Shown here: positions 1 through 12,218 of the stretch, piece after piece
Layout of the letters: each line of letters begins with the position of its first letter
Position numbering within the stretch: position 1 is the stretch's first letter
IMG/VR virus record: IMGVR_UViG_2061766007_000502
Strand: one strand, 5' to 3'
Origin: an uncultured virus (IMG/VR IMGVR_UViG_2061766007_000502)
Taxonomy: Duplodnaviria; Heunggongvirae; Uroviricota; Caudoviricetes
Length of the DNA: 20,000 bases
Notes under the pieces: model-generated
Database searches by the model: none
Told to the model about the DNA's origin: nothing
The model's input: the letters and a program-made list of their open reading frames with translations, nothing else
Made by a program: the position numbers and the translations under genes

Positions 1-17
1 AATATATTCTAAAAAGT

Positions 18-2744
18 ATGTCAACAAAAACGTATGATTATCTTGATGATTGGTCTGATGTCAAGAAAAAAGCATCGGAGATTGCTGAAGCTGTACAGAA
101 AGATGCAGACAATAAATCTGTAACCAAAGATTTTGTAAATGAGAAGATTTCTGAGTACGAAGTGAAAGACAAGGAAGAGTCTGAAGCAGCATATGATGAA
201 ATCAATGACAGAATCACTCAAATCGTTGCAGGTGATGGTGAGTATTACACCAAGCAAGAGTCTGATGCTAAGTATGCCGATGTGAATAATGTTTATACTA
301 AAGCATAGGCTGACGAGAAGTTCCAGTTGAAAGGTGAAGGTGGTGGCGGTGACGCACCGGACCTTAGTGAGTATGCTAAGATTGCTGATGTTTCGGCAAA
401 CTTCCAGCCAAAGGGTGACTATCTCACAGATAGTGATATTGCTGGTAAGGCTAATGTAGATGATGTTTACACAAAGACTGTCGCTGATGATAAATTTTTA
501 ACAAAGGATTATACACCGGACCTTAGTGAGTATGCTAAGATTGATGATGTTTCTGCTAATTATCAGAAGAAAGGTGACTACCTGACTTCAAATGATGTTT
601 CTACTAAGGCAGATGCAGATGCAGTTTATACTAAGGATGAAGCAAATGCAAACTTCCAACCAAAGGGTGACTATCTTGTAGAGAGTGACATTGCAGACAA
701 GGCAGATGCTTCCACTGTATATACAAAGAGTGAAGCAGATGCAAAGTATCTTACATCAAATGATGTCTCTACAAAGGTAGAGAATGAAGACTTTAATGCA
801 TTGAAGAACAATATCTGGATTGGTGATTTGTCAACAGGTCTTTTCAAGACTGTATATGAGTCTGAGAATCACAGTGAGTCTATGATTTGGAATGAGACAA
901 CCGGCGGTGGTATTATGTATACAAACAAAGAGACTAATGTAAAGAGTTTTACTGGTGTAAATGATGCTAATGACCCTAATCATGTATCTGTTCAGTTGTA
1001 TGCAATTGACACAACTAATAATGTAAACAGAGGTCCTCGTATCAGTCTGACTAAGGATGGTGCATACTATTCTACAGATATGACAAGAGTCACAGAAGAA
1101 TACGAGATTGTTACTAAGATTGGTTTGAGTGACTATGCTAAGACTTCAGAAGTTGCTGATACATACCAGCCAAAGGGTGATTATCTGACAGAGCATCAGT
1201 CTCTTGAAGAGTATGCTAAGACAACGGATGTTTCTTCTGCACTTGACGAGAAAGCAGACGCAAACGAGACTATTAATGCTCTTGAGTCAAAGGCAAATAA
1301 CTCTGATTTGCTCATTGCTAAGTCTGAATGTGACATGTTGAAAGCAAGGATAGAGTACCTTGAAGAACTTATTGCTGAATATCTTCCAAGTGCTAAGTCC
1401 GAGATGATTAACGACGGCAAGATTGACGATTTGGATTCAAACAACACAGCAGTTGAAATCTTAGAGCCTATGAAGAGTGTACATATTCCTGAGGCAACTG
1501 TTGCATATACAGTCAATGTTCCTCTTGACGATGATTCTACTGTTGAGTTCACAAGTAACAAGTTGGCTTATATCAACAACACAAGTGAAGAACCGGTAAG
1601 TGTAACATTCACTCGTGATGTTCCCGAGTCTGAAAGTGCATCATCATCTAATGCTACTGTTTTTACAACCGGTCAGTTTGATACAATTACATTGGAGAAC
1701 CTTTCTGTTTCACAGAAGGATACAGAAACCAATACGGTCAAGAATGTTGTCATTACAGAGAATAACCAGAAGACAGTTTCATTGACATTGAGTTTTGCAG
1801 ACGGTGCTAAAATCACTAACGATTCTTCTTGTCCTGTGACTATTACGAATAAGACTGCTGTACCTGAGGATGCAGAGCCAATTAGTTCAACTATCGTTGC
1901 TCCATACAGCACAGTGACAGTTTCTGGTGGTCAGTTCAATGTTCTTGAGTCAACTGTAAGTGATGATACACTTGTCATCAACAAGGCTGTACATATCAAG
2001 AAACTTGTAGTGAACAAGGGTAATGTAGTTGTCAAAGACTATACATTGGATGGTCATATTGATGAAATCGAATATGCTGATGCAGAAGCAGCATCAACTT
2101 ATAGTGTTGAACCTTATACTGTCGATGTTTATACTAAGTCTGACTGGTCTAAGGCATCAAGCACACCGGGTGTCTATAATGTTAAGAATGATATTGTAAC
2201 TACTAATAGAATTGCTCCAGGTCTCTTTGGAAGTTCAGCAAGAATCAAGCTCAACGGTAATACGGTTTCTTGTTCTGACTCAAACGGTGCATTCTTGCTC
2301 CGCGGTGATAGCCATTATATAATCGAGGATGGTACAATTGATGCAAGTGCTTACGGTATATGGCTCTCTGGTCCTGGTATAGTAGAACTCAAGAATGTGA
2401 CAATTATCGCAAGTGCTCATGCTCTTTACATTGAAAAGCCAAACGGTCAGATCACAACTACCGGTAACTGCTACTTCAAGGTTTATGATGACGATAAGCG
2501 CTTTGTTGCTAACTATCTTGATGCTACATATACTGGAGGTTGGACGAACGGATTCCACTTCGGTGTCGGAACCAAGTTCGAGGACTTCGACCCTATGAAT
2601 TCTATAGGTGAGCCTGGTGGTCCGGTTAATCTGCTTGACCCAGGTTACAAGACAGTTAAGACTATCGAGGAAATCGACGGTGAGACACATGACATCTACA
2701 CAGTTGTCCTTGATGAGACTATCGACCCAAACGAAGGTGAATGA
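18..2744 (+). CDS. 908-aa repeat-rich virion fibre/surface protein (code 15; one in-frame TAG at 306-308): N-terminal stalk repeats, short coiled coil, C-terminal beta-rich domain
   Basis: ORFs 18..308 and 327..2744 are in the same frame and are separated only by TAG plus 6 sense codons (YTKA-Q-ADEKFQLKG). This matches sibling repeats such as YTKTVADDKF and YTKSEADAKY. Repeated motifs DLSEYAK, FQPKGDYL and YLTEHQSL resemble fibre stalks of Bacteroidota phages. Ends TGA-TAA. Confidence 0.8.
355..676 (+). repeat. Intragenic direct repeats encoding the DLSEYAK / ANFQPKGDYL stalk units
   Basis: The 30-bp sequence CACCGGACCTTAGTGAGTATGCTAAGATTG is identical at 355-384 and 514-543. GCAAACTTCCARCCAAAGGGTGACTATCT occurs at about 396-424 and 648-676, with a further partial copy near 1166. 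Confidence 0.85.
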
Positions 2745-2759
2745 TAATCTATATTCTAT

Positions 2760-2818
2760 GGTAATGATATACTATTCTACAAAACGGATATGTATATCAT
2801 TACCTGTTTAAAAAACAG
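2760..2818 (+). terminator. Intergenic stem-loop (possible terminator or processing hairpin)
   Basis: Perfect 13-bp inverted repeat GGTAATGATATAC (2760-2772) / GTATATCATTACC (2792-2804) with a 19-nt loop. It is followed by TGTTT and a small CTGTTT-AAA-AAACAG hairpin, just downstream of the gene 1 stop. Confidence 0.5.
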
Positions 2819-2832
2819 AAAGATTAAAGAAA

Positions 2833-3540
2833 ATGAAACAAGCAGATATTTCACAGCAACTCGGTTCTTTAATAAACCAGACAAGCGGAATATACAATAC
2901 CGTAGCAGCAGATGAAGAAATTCCATCTGAGCTTCAAGAACCAGATCCGCTGTTTGTTGTCAAACATGACGATATAATGTCTTCATCAAGATCCGAAGCA
3001 CTCGCAAGCATATAGTACATAGCAAAGTCGATAATACCGGTAGAATATATCAATGATGATATGATTCAGAACAAGATGAAAATCGATGCAGTTTAGTTGG
3101 GCAATCTATACTATCAGCAGAAAATGACCAATATTATGTTACAGGCGGCGATGGATTAGGTAGCAAAGGGTGACACACAGCCGAGAATGTATGAAGTGGT
3201 GGATAAGTATCTGAAACGTGCTTAGGATATGTCTCAGCAAATCACTGATTTGCAGAATCAGTTCCGCAAATACTACATAGACTCTTATCTTGATATTGAA
3301 TCAAAGAGAAATATGGATATGGAAGATACCAAACTTCTCGGCAGTAATGTTGTGCATAAACAACAGGGACAACTCATGCAACAGGAACAAGTCATTGAAA
3401 ATAAGAATACAATGTTGGTTACTGATGACGGTTCTGTCAGAGTAGCCAGCAGCAAGCAGTCTGTACAGGAACTGAATAAACTGAAGATACAGAAAGCAAA
3501 GAAGATAAAAGAAGCAGAGTTTAAAGAAGTTGTGGAATAA
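2833..3540 (+). CDS. 235-aa putative terminase small subunit, T4 gp16-like (code 15; four in-frame TAG)
   Basis: Single frame with TAGs at 3013, 3094, 3157 and 3223, ending TAA. Read-through exposes QPRMYEVVDKYLKRAQDMSQQITDLQ, which resembles the PRxYEV...DLQ helix motif of T4-like gp16. Confidence 0.65.
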
Positions 3541-3563
3541 ATATAAAAAATATTTTTACAAAA

Positions 3564-4599
3564 ATGGCATTTAATATTGAATTACCTGAAAATCGAATAA
3601 AGAACGTTATATGTAGTGCAAATATTTCTGCTATGTATAAAGCGCTTGAGCCATATCTTACTGATACATTCAGTGACAAAACTGGTAAATTGTCTGATTA
3701 TGATATGTTTATGAAACATAATATAGATCGTAACCAAGTATATTTGCCAAAAAATATAGCAAATGACGGTGGTTGTGTTGCCGCACCTTATCTGGTATCA
3801 TATGGTTCGTTACAAGAAATCAAATTGACTGGCACAGGGCAGAGCGGCGTGACTGACATCCGTCTTGGCTCTCTCNNNNNNNNNNNNNNNNNNNNNNNNN
3901 NNNNNNNNNNNNNNNNNNNNNNNNNNNNNNNNNNNNNNNNNNNNNNNNNNNNNNNNNNNNNNNNNNNNNNNNNNNNNNNNNNNNNNNNNNNNNNNNNNNN
4001 NNNNNNNNNNNNNNNNNNNNNNNNNNNNNNNNNNNNNNNNNNNNNNNNNNNNNNNNNNNNNNNNNNNNNNNNNNNNNNNNNNNNNNNNNNNNNNNNNNNN
4101 NNNNNNNNNNNNNNNNNNNNNNNNNNNNNNNNNNNNNNNNNNNNNNNNNNNNNNNNNNNNNNNNNNNNNNNNNNNNNNNNNNNNNNNNNNNNNNNNNNNN
4201 NNNNNNNNNNNNNNNNNNNNNNNNNNNNNNNNNNNNNNNNNNNNNNNNNNNNNNNNNNNNNNNNNNNNNNNNNNNNNNNNNNNNNNNNNNNNNNNNNNNN
4301 NNNNNNNNNNNNNNNNNNNNNNNNNNNNNNNNNNNNNNNNNNNNNNNNNNNNNNNNNNNNNNNNNNNNNNNNNNNNNNNNNNNNNNNNNNNNNNNNNNNN
4401 NNNNNNNNNNNNNNNNNNNNNNNNNNNNNNNNNNNNNNNNNNNNNNNNNNNNNNNNNNNNNNNNNNNNNNNNNNNNNNNNNNNNNNNNNNNNNNNNNNNN
4501 NNNNNNNNNGTTAAGAATGGAATTTGCTCAGTAGTTACATATTATATTAATACTAATAGCGGTGATGATGGCGGTGATGAGGAAGGCGGTGGTTTATAA
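3564..4599 (+). CDS. Hypothetical protein resembling a Prevotella/Bacteroidales hypothetical family; middle lost in assembly gap
   Basis: The N-terminal 104 aa (AMYKAL..SDYDMFMKHN..VYLPK..GGCVAAPYLVSYGSL..VTDIRLGSL) recall a Prevotella protein family. The post-gap segment ends GDDGGDEEGGGL-TAA just before a terminator. Continuity across the gap is inferred. Confidence 0.55.
3876..4509. other. Assembly/scaffold gap (634 N)
   Basis: Run of N characters. Confidence 1.
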
Positions 4600-4613
4600 T
4601 CAATCACAAATAC

Positions 4614-4651
4614 AAAAAGAGAGAAGATTTTTAACTCTTCTCTCTTTTTTT
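4614..4651. terminator. Bidirectional rho-independent terminator between convergent genes
   Basis: AAAAAGAGAGAAGA-TTTTTAAC-TCTTCTCTCTTTTTTT: perfect stem with an A-run before and a T-run after, lying between the stops at 4599 (+) and 4653 (-). Confidence 0.9.
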
Positions 4652-4652
4652 A

Positions 4653-7600
4653 TCATTCAGTTATAAAAATGTTTCCGCCTCCAGTATTCTTTATCACATT
4701 GCCGTACTTATCCATACAATACAGTTCTATTGATTGAGAACCAAGTGTATTAGGTCTTACTGTTAGAATCTTATTCTTAGACTCGAACAGAAGCAATTTC
4801 TCATAATTGCTTTGTCTTTCTTTCCAGTTAGTATTATCTTCTATCCCGTAAGTTTTCCATTTCCACAGAGTCTTATATACATTATCTTCTATGAGAGTCT
4901 TCCCTGTATCTTTATCATAACCGTCCGGATAAGGAATATTAGGCACTACAATCACACATCTGTTCTATCCTATCGTAACCGGATAGTCTGTGTACTTCCA
5001 AAGAGAAGCATCAATAGATTGTATATCTTCCCAAATATCTTTCAGAGAAACCGGATCAAACTTGGCAATAGTTGCAGAATAAGTATCATCGAAATATGAA
5101 TTGAACATGAGTTGTCTCTGGTTGTAATTGACAGTAGTGTTCATTGTATAGTATTCATAATTTCCATAGATGAATATATTCTCTGCTGCATCGCTGTTCA
5201 CTCTTAGTGTGTATTTGACAGGATCAGTATGTACTGGTGTTATGTACATACTCAAATCAGGATGAACGTACATACTTGAGTCTTGTGCATCAGAATCGGC
5301 ATATTTATATACATTGATATTATGAAGTGACTTTATGTATTCTGTGTCTATATTGCCATCAAGTTCATAATAGCATACAAACTGATTGTTATCATTAGTT
5401 GTATTCACATAGTCAAGAACTCTGTATGCAGTCTCATTGTGGAATATTCTCTTATCACCATTATTACCTTCAATGCAAAACTTAATCATACTGTCAGACG
5501 GGAACAACTGATAGTCATTACCCGAACCACCAGTCTTTGATTGCGGATTCAGATATACATAACATCTTCTTTGTACATTGCCGGATGAATTGATAGATAT
5601 ATCATTTACAATAGTTGTACTGCTGTCTATCACTTCTCTTGAAGCATTGATAACATACAGCGTGACATTATTTGTAACATCATTTATGATATTCTTATAA
5701 GGTCTCAGTGCAGTCAATGGTGAATCAAGTACTATCTTATGATTGGTTCTGTTATATGACTTTATTTTTATAGGCTCTTCAGTCTCATATAGTATAGACT
5801 GCAGATTATCATCATATAGACATAGACTGACCTATCCGAAATTGACATATATTTCCTGCTTGTTCGGATTATTCACATTCATAGTCAACGTAGTCGTTGT
5901 ATCAAAAGAAATAGTCTCTACTGCTTCTGTCATATTCGTCAATATCATATAGTCATTTGCCTTAGGTGTGTCTATGGCATAACTTATGTTATTGTATGTG
6001 ATTGTATTGTCGTCTATGATATGTTCTGCATTGTATATCTTGTAATTCTAAGGGAATAATGCACTGCTGTCAGTCATAGACAGTATTTCATCAATCTCAT
6101 CAGTACTCATATCATTAATGCTATGATGATCAACATTACCGATGAAGAAATCATCACTGTTTCTTGAATGATCCTGATTCAATATAATGTCTATTGACAC
6201 TCTTTTGGTCTTTACAGGACAGACATCGTCACTCTTGTTAGTGAATATATTATTCCATGCATCATAGGCATTGACTGTGACTGTATAGTTTCCGAGTCTA
6301 TTGACCGGAATGTCAATCTTATCATTTATCGTCACATTAGCATTGACTGCATCAAAGAGTTCCGTAAAATCTCTCTTAGTACCGCTTACTGGAGTATATG
6401 TGTATATTCTCGTTCTCTCTGACTTATATTTGTAATTGACTGAGATTTCCTGTTCACCGTAATCTTCTCTGTTCGGATCATTGAACTCGATTTCTGCTCC
6501 TATACAGTATTTCGGCTGTGAGTTCTGCTCACGGTTCCTGAATTTTATAGTTCCAGATAGTATCTCAAGGACATATTCATCCATAGTATTGAATGATGCT
6601 GTATCTTCATCAGAATTGAGATTAGTCGGCTTGTAACCCTTTATAATGAACAACGGGAGATTCCACTTGTTATTCTGAGAGTATATGAACTGCGGAACAG
6701 AATTTATATAGTCAGGTGAAAGTGTTATATAACTCTTTGCTTTTATCACTTTCTTCTCACCCATGGCATTATCGGGGAAATAGGTGAACTGTACATAACT
6801 GTTACCTTCATACATCTGCTCTTCAAGAGATGTCTGCATAACCGTAATAGGCTTAACAGACCAGACTATGTTTCCGACAGGATTGTTATCAGAACTCCAT
6901 TCACCGTTTATTCGTCTCAGATTTCCCTTCTTGATTTGTATTATAGGAAGTTCGCCGGAGTCTATCTCTGATATTCTGAAAGAGTCGTCCCAGAAGATGA
7001 TTTCACCATCATTTACTACTATCGGATTAATACTTGAATCGACAGAGGCAAACTCATACAGAGAGCCTGTGCTTGCATTATTCAAATCAAGAGTGAACTG
7101 ATACTCATCAGCAACTGTCAGAGCACCGAGCGGAGCAGACTCATAGACAGTGACAGACTCTCCTGATACATTTACATTATGCGAAGAGTCATATCTGATG
7201 AACTGCTCTATTGACATATCTTTATAATCTTCGAATGTCACTGAACAATATTTCTTCAACTGTCTTGGATCAGATTCATCCATTCTGTCGATTTCACTCT
7301 GCGGATATACAGTATGTGCAAATTCATTAAGAGAACATTGAAGAATGGCAGACGAATCCATAAACGGAGTCACCTGCTTGACATTGGGAGTAAACACACC
7401 AGTATTCTGAATATCACGGAACTCGTGTGCAGTTGTATATCCTACTGTCTTTATTCTCTCAAGTACAATACCTTCACCGTTTATGTCTGATATATAGCAA
7501 TTGACACCGAGAATGTATCTCTCAAGCCACTGCTTTACTGAATACAGTTTTGCAATCACCTCGTCAGTACGGTAATCATATACATTATGAACAGAAGGAA

Positions 7601-9650
7601 TGTCATTGGCATCATAGTAACCGCTGCTGCTGTTATTGCTCTATGTCACTTCTCTGCCGTTGTTTTCATATACAAAAGGTAGTTGTTCTTCACTTTCTTC
7701 ACTTATTCTCTGCATATGATATATCATAGACAGTCTGTTCAGTTTCCTGTATCTTTCATACTGCTCATAATCAATACCGTAGTTCTTCAGTGTATTCTTT
7801 ATAGGATTACCGGTAGATGTCTCATAGTTCTGTATCGCTACATACTTGGTATTGTCATTAGTATCTTTGATGCTATACCACTCCTTGAAAATCAAGTCTT
7901 GATAGCCGAGATAACGTATCGCATTGAAGAGTGCCTTGTATGTACCGACATATGGAAATATCTCATCATAGTACAGGAACAGTTCTTTGGATTTCTTGTT
8001 GACGATTCTCCAGTCTATACCCTGTTCGTGAGGATCCTGTGATTTGAATATATTAGGGAATTTAATAGGATCAGGTATTCCGTAATTGCCCAGGACGGTT
8101 CTGAATCTCTCATCTTCTCCCTCTGCTTCGACAAAGAACTGTATAGCACCTATGATGAATTCTTCATCTGTCTCTATGTTCCTGATGAATATACCCATTA
8201 TATTCTCATAGCATCCTTCTTCCTTTGCTTCAAAGCCGATAGTGAAGAACATCGGAGAACCGTCACCATAATCTTCCATCTCATCAGCAGTCATTGTATA
8301 AATACTGCTTTTCTTAGATATGTTGAGTTTATCTTCAGTAGTAATGAACTGCATTTCAGAATTATCCTGAAAATGAAAATGCATTCTGAACGTCTCTTGA
8401 TTATCAGAATCTTGAATATTAGGATATCCATATACAGTCTGACCGGTTTCAGAGTCAGTATTCTCAGAAACAACTATAATGGTCTGTGAAGCAATGAAAT
8501 CGACAGACACTTTGTCCATATAGTAACTGCCGACATATTTGACATAAGGGAACTGCTCTGCTGGAATATTATATTTCATAAGATACAATGGAGCTGTCTG
8601 TATGCGAGCAAATGCATCATCTTCTATTATATCATCAAATGAAGTCTCAGTCACTAATGTCTATGAGAATATATCTGATGTAATACCGTATTGACTGTTG
8701 TTGTTTATATAGTCTTGCTCACTGAGTTCATCAAGGAAGTCTTCCGGCACATTGAACGTATTCTGCTATACAAGACCTTCAAAAGCACTTCTGTCAATAG
8801 ACTGGTTCATCCTGAACAAATCTATGATATCATAGTCCTGTGATACAGTCTCGTAACCGTCAAATACAGTGATGAGCACTTTGTTACTGCTGTAATCAAC
8901 AGTCTCACCCTGATAGTTATCTGCATCTTTCGTGTATTTGTATGAGAAGAATATAATATCATATACATCATCAAGCCTGTAATAATCACTACCTTCTATC
9001 TCTGTATAGACATCATCATTCTCGCCGGTCTTAGTCAAGTCATACAGATAATGATGATCAGCATCCTTCAGATATATCTCATGGAAATATTCATTACTAT
9101 CATTATTGAGATGAATCTGTCCGGGTTCATCGACTACGATGTTCAGTTCATTGGAGATTTCCTTGATTATGCATTTACTATCATTTACATCGGCTGTGAC
9201 AGTAAAGTATGTACAATTAAGGTTATTAGCAAATGAATATGTGAACTCGACAGTATAGTAACCGCCGGTATTGTATTCTACTTTATATCCGTTTGCTTCT
9301 GAAGACTAATCATAGTTATGTATGGTAATTTCGGATGTGGCACCGGCTGTGCGGTAGAATTTGATAGTCTGTTCATTAAGGTTGCTGACACGTACGGAAT
9401 ATATCTTTCCTGTCTGTATCTAAATTCTTGATGTAGTTTTCTTACTACCGCTGGAAGTACCATCATCGAACTTCTCATTAAGGTTATTATCCGGAAACAA
9501 CTCAAAATGACCTCTCGGATTCCGTATGAATGCAGAATACACCTGATCGGCGGGAATGATTTCCCACGTCACAGAATACTGCTTCTTCATCAGAATCTCT
9601 TTTCCATCTCCGGTAAAGAATCTAAGCGAATCAATTCCTAAACTTCTCAT
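4653..9650 (-). CDS. 1665-aa baseplate-associated structural protein with a P2 gpI / T4 gp7-like segment (code 15; eight in-frame TAG)
   Basis: Six listed ORFs share one frame. I read each gap between them and found only TAG (at 9420, 9306, 8766, 8661, 7641, 6048, 5832, 4965), never TAA or TGA, until TGA-TAA at 4655-4650. The motif YVGTYKALFNAIRYLGYQDLIFKEWY resembles gpI-type KGTxxAxxxxxxxLGY..xEWW. It lies downstream of the gp6-like and gp25-like genes. Confidence 0.8.
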
Positions 9651-9653
9651 CAA

Positions 9654-9908
9654 TCAATTAATAAGTTTTGAGTTTTTAGGGAAGACTATAGCATATGTCA
9701 GTTTTATCTGTCTGACAGCATTAATGAGATATTCTATGAGTCTTTCAATCTGTCTGAAACTTGTGTCTGTCCTTGAATTGGCAAACATCTCAGGAGAGAC
9801 TACATTTTGTAAAATATGTCTCTCATAGTCATAGCCTTTACTCTTATAGTCATCATAAAGGTGATCAGTTACTTCAGTCAATGAAGTCTTATTCAATATT
9901 CTCGGCAT
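9654..9908 (-). CDS. 84-aa hypothetical protein in baseplate operon
   Basis: ATG..TGA ORF that fills the space between the gp25-like gene and the 1665-aa gene (3-nt gap to the next ATG). No TAG. Confidence 0.75.
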   Translation of the reverse strand: MPRILNKTSLTEVTDHLYDDYKSKGYDYERHILQNVVSPEMFANSRTDTSFRQIERLIEYLINAVRQIKLTYAIVFPKNSKLIN

Positions 9909-9933
9909 AGTTGTTTCCGTTTCTTCAAAAATT

Positions 9934-10308
9934 TTACTCTTGGTTAACTAAGATACCAAGACATTTCTTCTGGTTTATAACAATGTCAATGACAGCATAC
10001 TCATATGCAGCACTGACATCATGACCGAATGAAATATCCGCATACACAGTCCATTTGTCTGTGTTGAACTTGACATACCTTGCAAGTGCAGTATTGACTG
10101 TATATAACATCTGCTGTTCGGAATACCTTAACTGAAACAGATATTTCTAAAGGTCTATTCCGAAATCATATGATCCAAGCACATTACCCTGTCTTGTTCC
10201 GAGAACCATTTTTATTTGCTGAAGAATTTGCTCTGCTTCGTCTTCAGTTTCCATCTTGTCCTGATAATTAATATCAGAAGGCAATTTGCAGTAAATTTCC
10301 TTAATCAT
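9934..10308 (-). CDS. gp25: 124-aa gp25/gpW-like baseplate (sheath initiator) protein, absent from the ORF track (code 15; TAG at 10147-10149)
   Basis: Translation MIKEIYCKLPSD...EQILQQIKMVLGTRQGNVLGSYDFGIDL-Q-KYLFQ...LGILVNQE-TAA. The size and the LxTxxG....xFGxxLxxxLF motif fit gp25. Its ATG overlaps the upstream stop (TGATG). Confidence 0.8.
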
Positions 10309-12218
10309 CAGTCAATCGGATTGTCAAGTGATAATTTTGTATTCTGTGTGTATGATGTCACGTTCATATTGAATGCTGAGTTGTACTCAGATGACTGTAT
10401 TTCAGAGTACTCGACACCGTCTGGTGATGTGAATCCGCCTCTTATCAAAGGCAGTATGTCACGCACTTTCTTAGTGACACCGCTTGATGACTTGTAGTTT
10501 CTTGTCAGGATAATGTCACCGTACTCATCTATTCCATAGAACCCATTCTGTCCGTATATAGTCTGGTTTTCTACATCAGCATCAAACCATGCCTTTACCG
10601 AATCCACTCCCTCGACTGATTCGAACAGTGCAGTGATATCAGACAAAGGAATCATATCCTTTCTTGTCTGCTCTATGAAGTAAGTCGATAGTTTATGAAG
10701 ACAATCTGTATATACAGACTGCTTGTTATAACCTTCCCATAGTTTCATATTGACATTCACTGAGAAACGTGCAATCTTAGGTGAGAGTAAACGGTTCTCC
10801 ATAGTGATTATCTTCTGACCTGAGTTCTCTATCATATCAAGTATATTGAACTGCTCTTCCTCAGAAAGAGTGAACAGTTTCTCGTCACAGTTGAAATAAT
10901 TGTCTCCGGATGATATTCTCTTTGCAATGTCCGGAATAAGAAGTATATATACCGTATTGTCAGAAAGATCAGTCTCATCTACATTGTTTTTCGCAGTATT
11001 CATATTGTCAATTGCATTGACTACTTTCTGGTACATTTCCTGAGACTCTTGTGCAGACTCGCCGAGTTCGGCAACGAGTTCGGTCCATTTCTGATACACA
11101 TCATTATATACATTCTGAGCACGGTCGTACAACACTCTTGCTGCAACATTCGCATCCTTTGTTGAATAACCCTTTACAATCTCTATTGTAGAGAACATAT
11201 TCATTCTCTTGAAGAAATACTTGTAGTTCATCTCATTCGCAAGCACTGATGCTCTTGAAACATGCGGAGCTATCATCTGTGTCAACGTAACATCTTCAGA
11301 TGGAGCACCGAATATCAGAGACGTGTTCATTTCTATATAGAAATTCTCATTAAGACTAACCGGTTCTCCGTCTGCAAGATAGCCGGTTCCGGTAATTTCC
11401 CATGCATCATCAGTGCTGTTCACGAACGACTTTCCGAGATTGCCTGCAAGTCCGTCTGTTATCACATACTCACAGAGAATAGTCGAACCCTCCGGCGGAA
11501 CATCACCCATGTCATAGTTACCGAAGAAAATATCGATACCGCCGGTAAGACCAGTCTTGACAACTACGCCTTTCTGACAATATCCGAGATCAAGCAACGA
11601 CTTGACAATATCCCATCTCTCACCATTCACATACACATTAATGAAGTATTCCTCTATCTCAGAATAGTTTCTCTCGCTGAAGTTGTATGACTGGAGAACC
11701 TCACCGGTTCCAGTAGCACGCTGGTACTTCATCACACCCTGAATGACATTTGCATCAATATAGTTGCCGGCATTCATTGTGACTTTAGCCGTATCAGCAT
11801 TGAATAGGATGATATATGATGCTCCGTTTATCTTTGAGACAATCTTCACTTTGTTGGGAATATAACAAACCTTGCCATCATAATCCTGATTTCCCTGATT
11901 CTTGAATTTGAGTCTGATAGCGGCACGGGCAGATATAGGTCTTCCTGACTCGTGACCTGTCATCTGTGCAAGTCCCTTGATCTGATCAGGGCGATATGCT
12001 GTCTTTATATTGAGTCCTGTTATGGAATCTTCTATATAATAGAATATCATTCTGCCCATATGAAGCACTACGGACAATATCTGTGCAAACGGAGAAGCCA
12101 TAGTAAACTGCTCTTTGGTCTGATTGTAACTCTAACGGACCCAGTTCAGTGCATCGTCCCATAGTTCCTCATACTTGATTCTATTCAACTTGAATATTTT
12201 TAAGTCATACATCGACAT
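10308..12218 (-). CDS. gp6: 636-aa baseplate wedge subunit, T4 gp6 / P2 gpJ-like (code 15; TAG at 12132-12134)
   Basis: Read-through extends the 597-aa ORF upstream to MSMYDLKIFKLNRIKYEELWDDALNWVR-Q-SYNQ. Features typical of gp6/gpJ: SPFAQILSV..IEDS..NIKTA..IKGLAQMTGH, IFFGN..G.VP, Y..TDG..GN and SVEGVDSV. Alternative ATG at 12212. Confidence 0.85.

Noticed and set aside
3564..4599. Frameshift between the pre-gap and post-gap parts of the gene, and the poly-X ORFs
   Set aside because: The gap length is only an estimate, so frame across it is uninformative.
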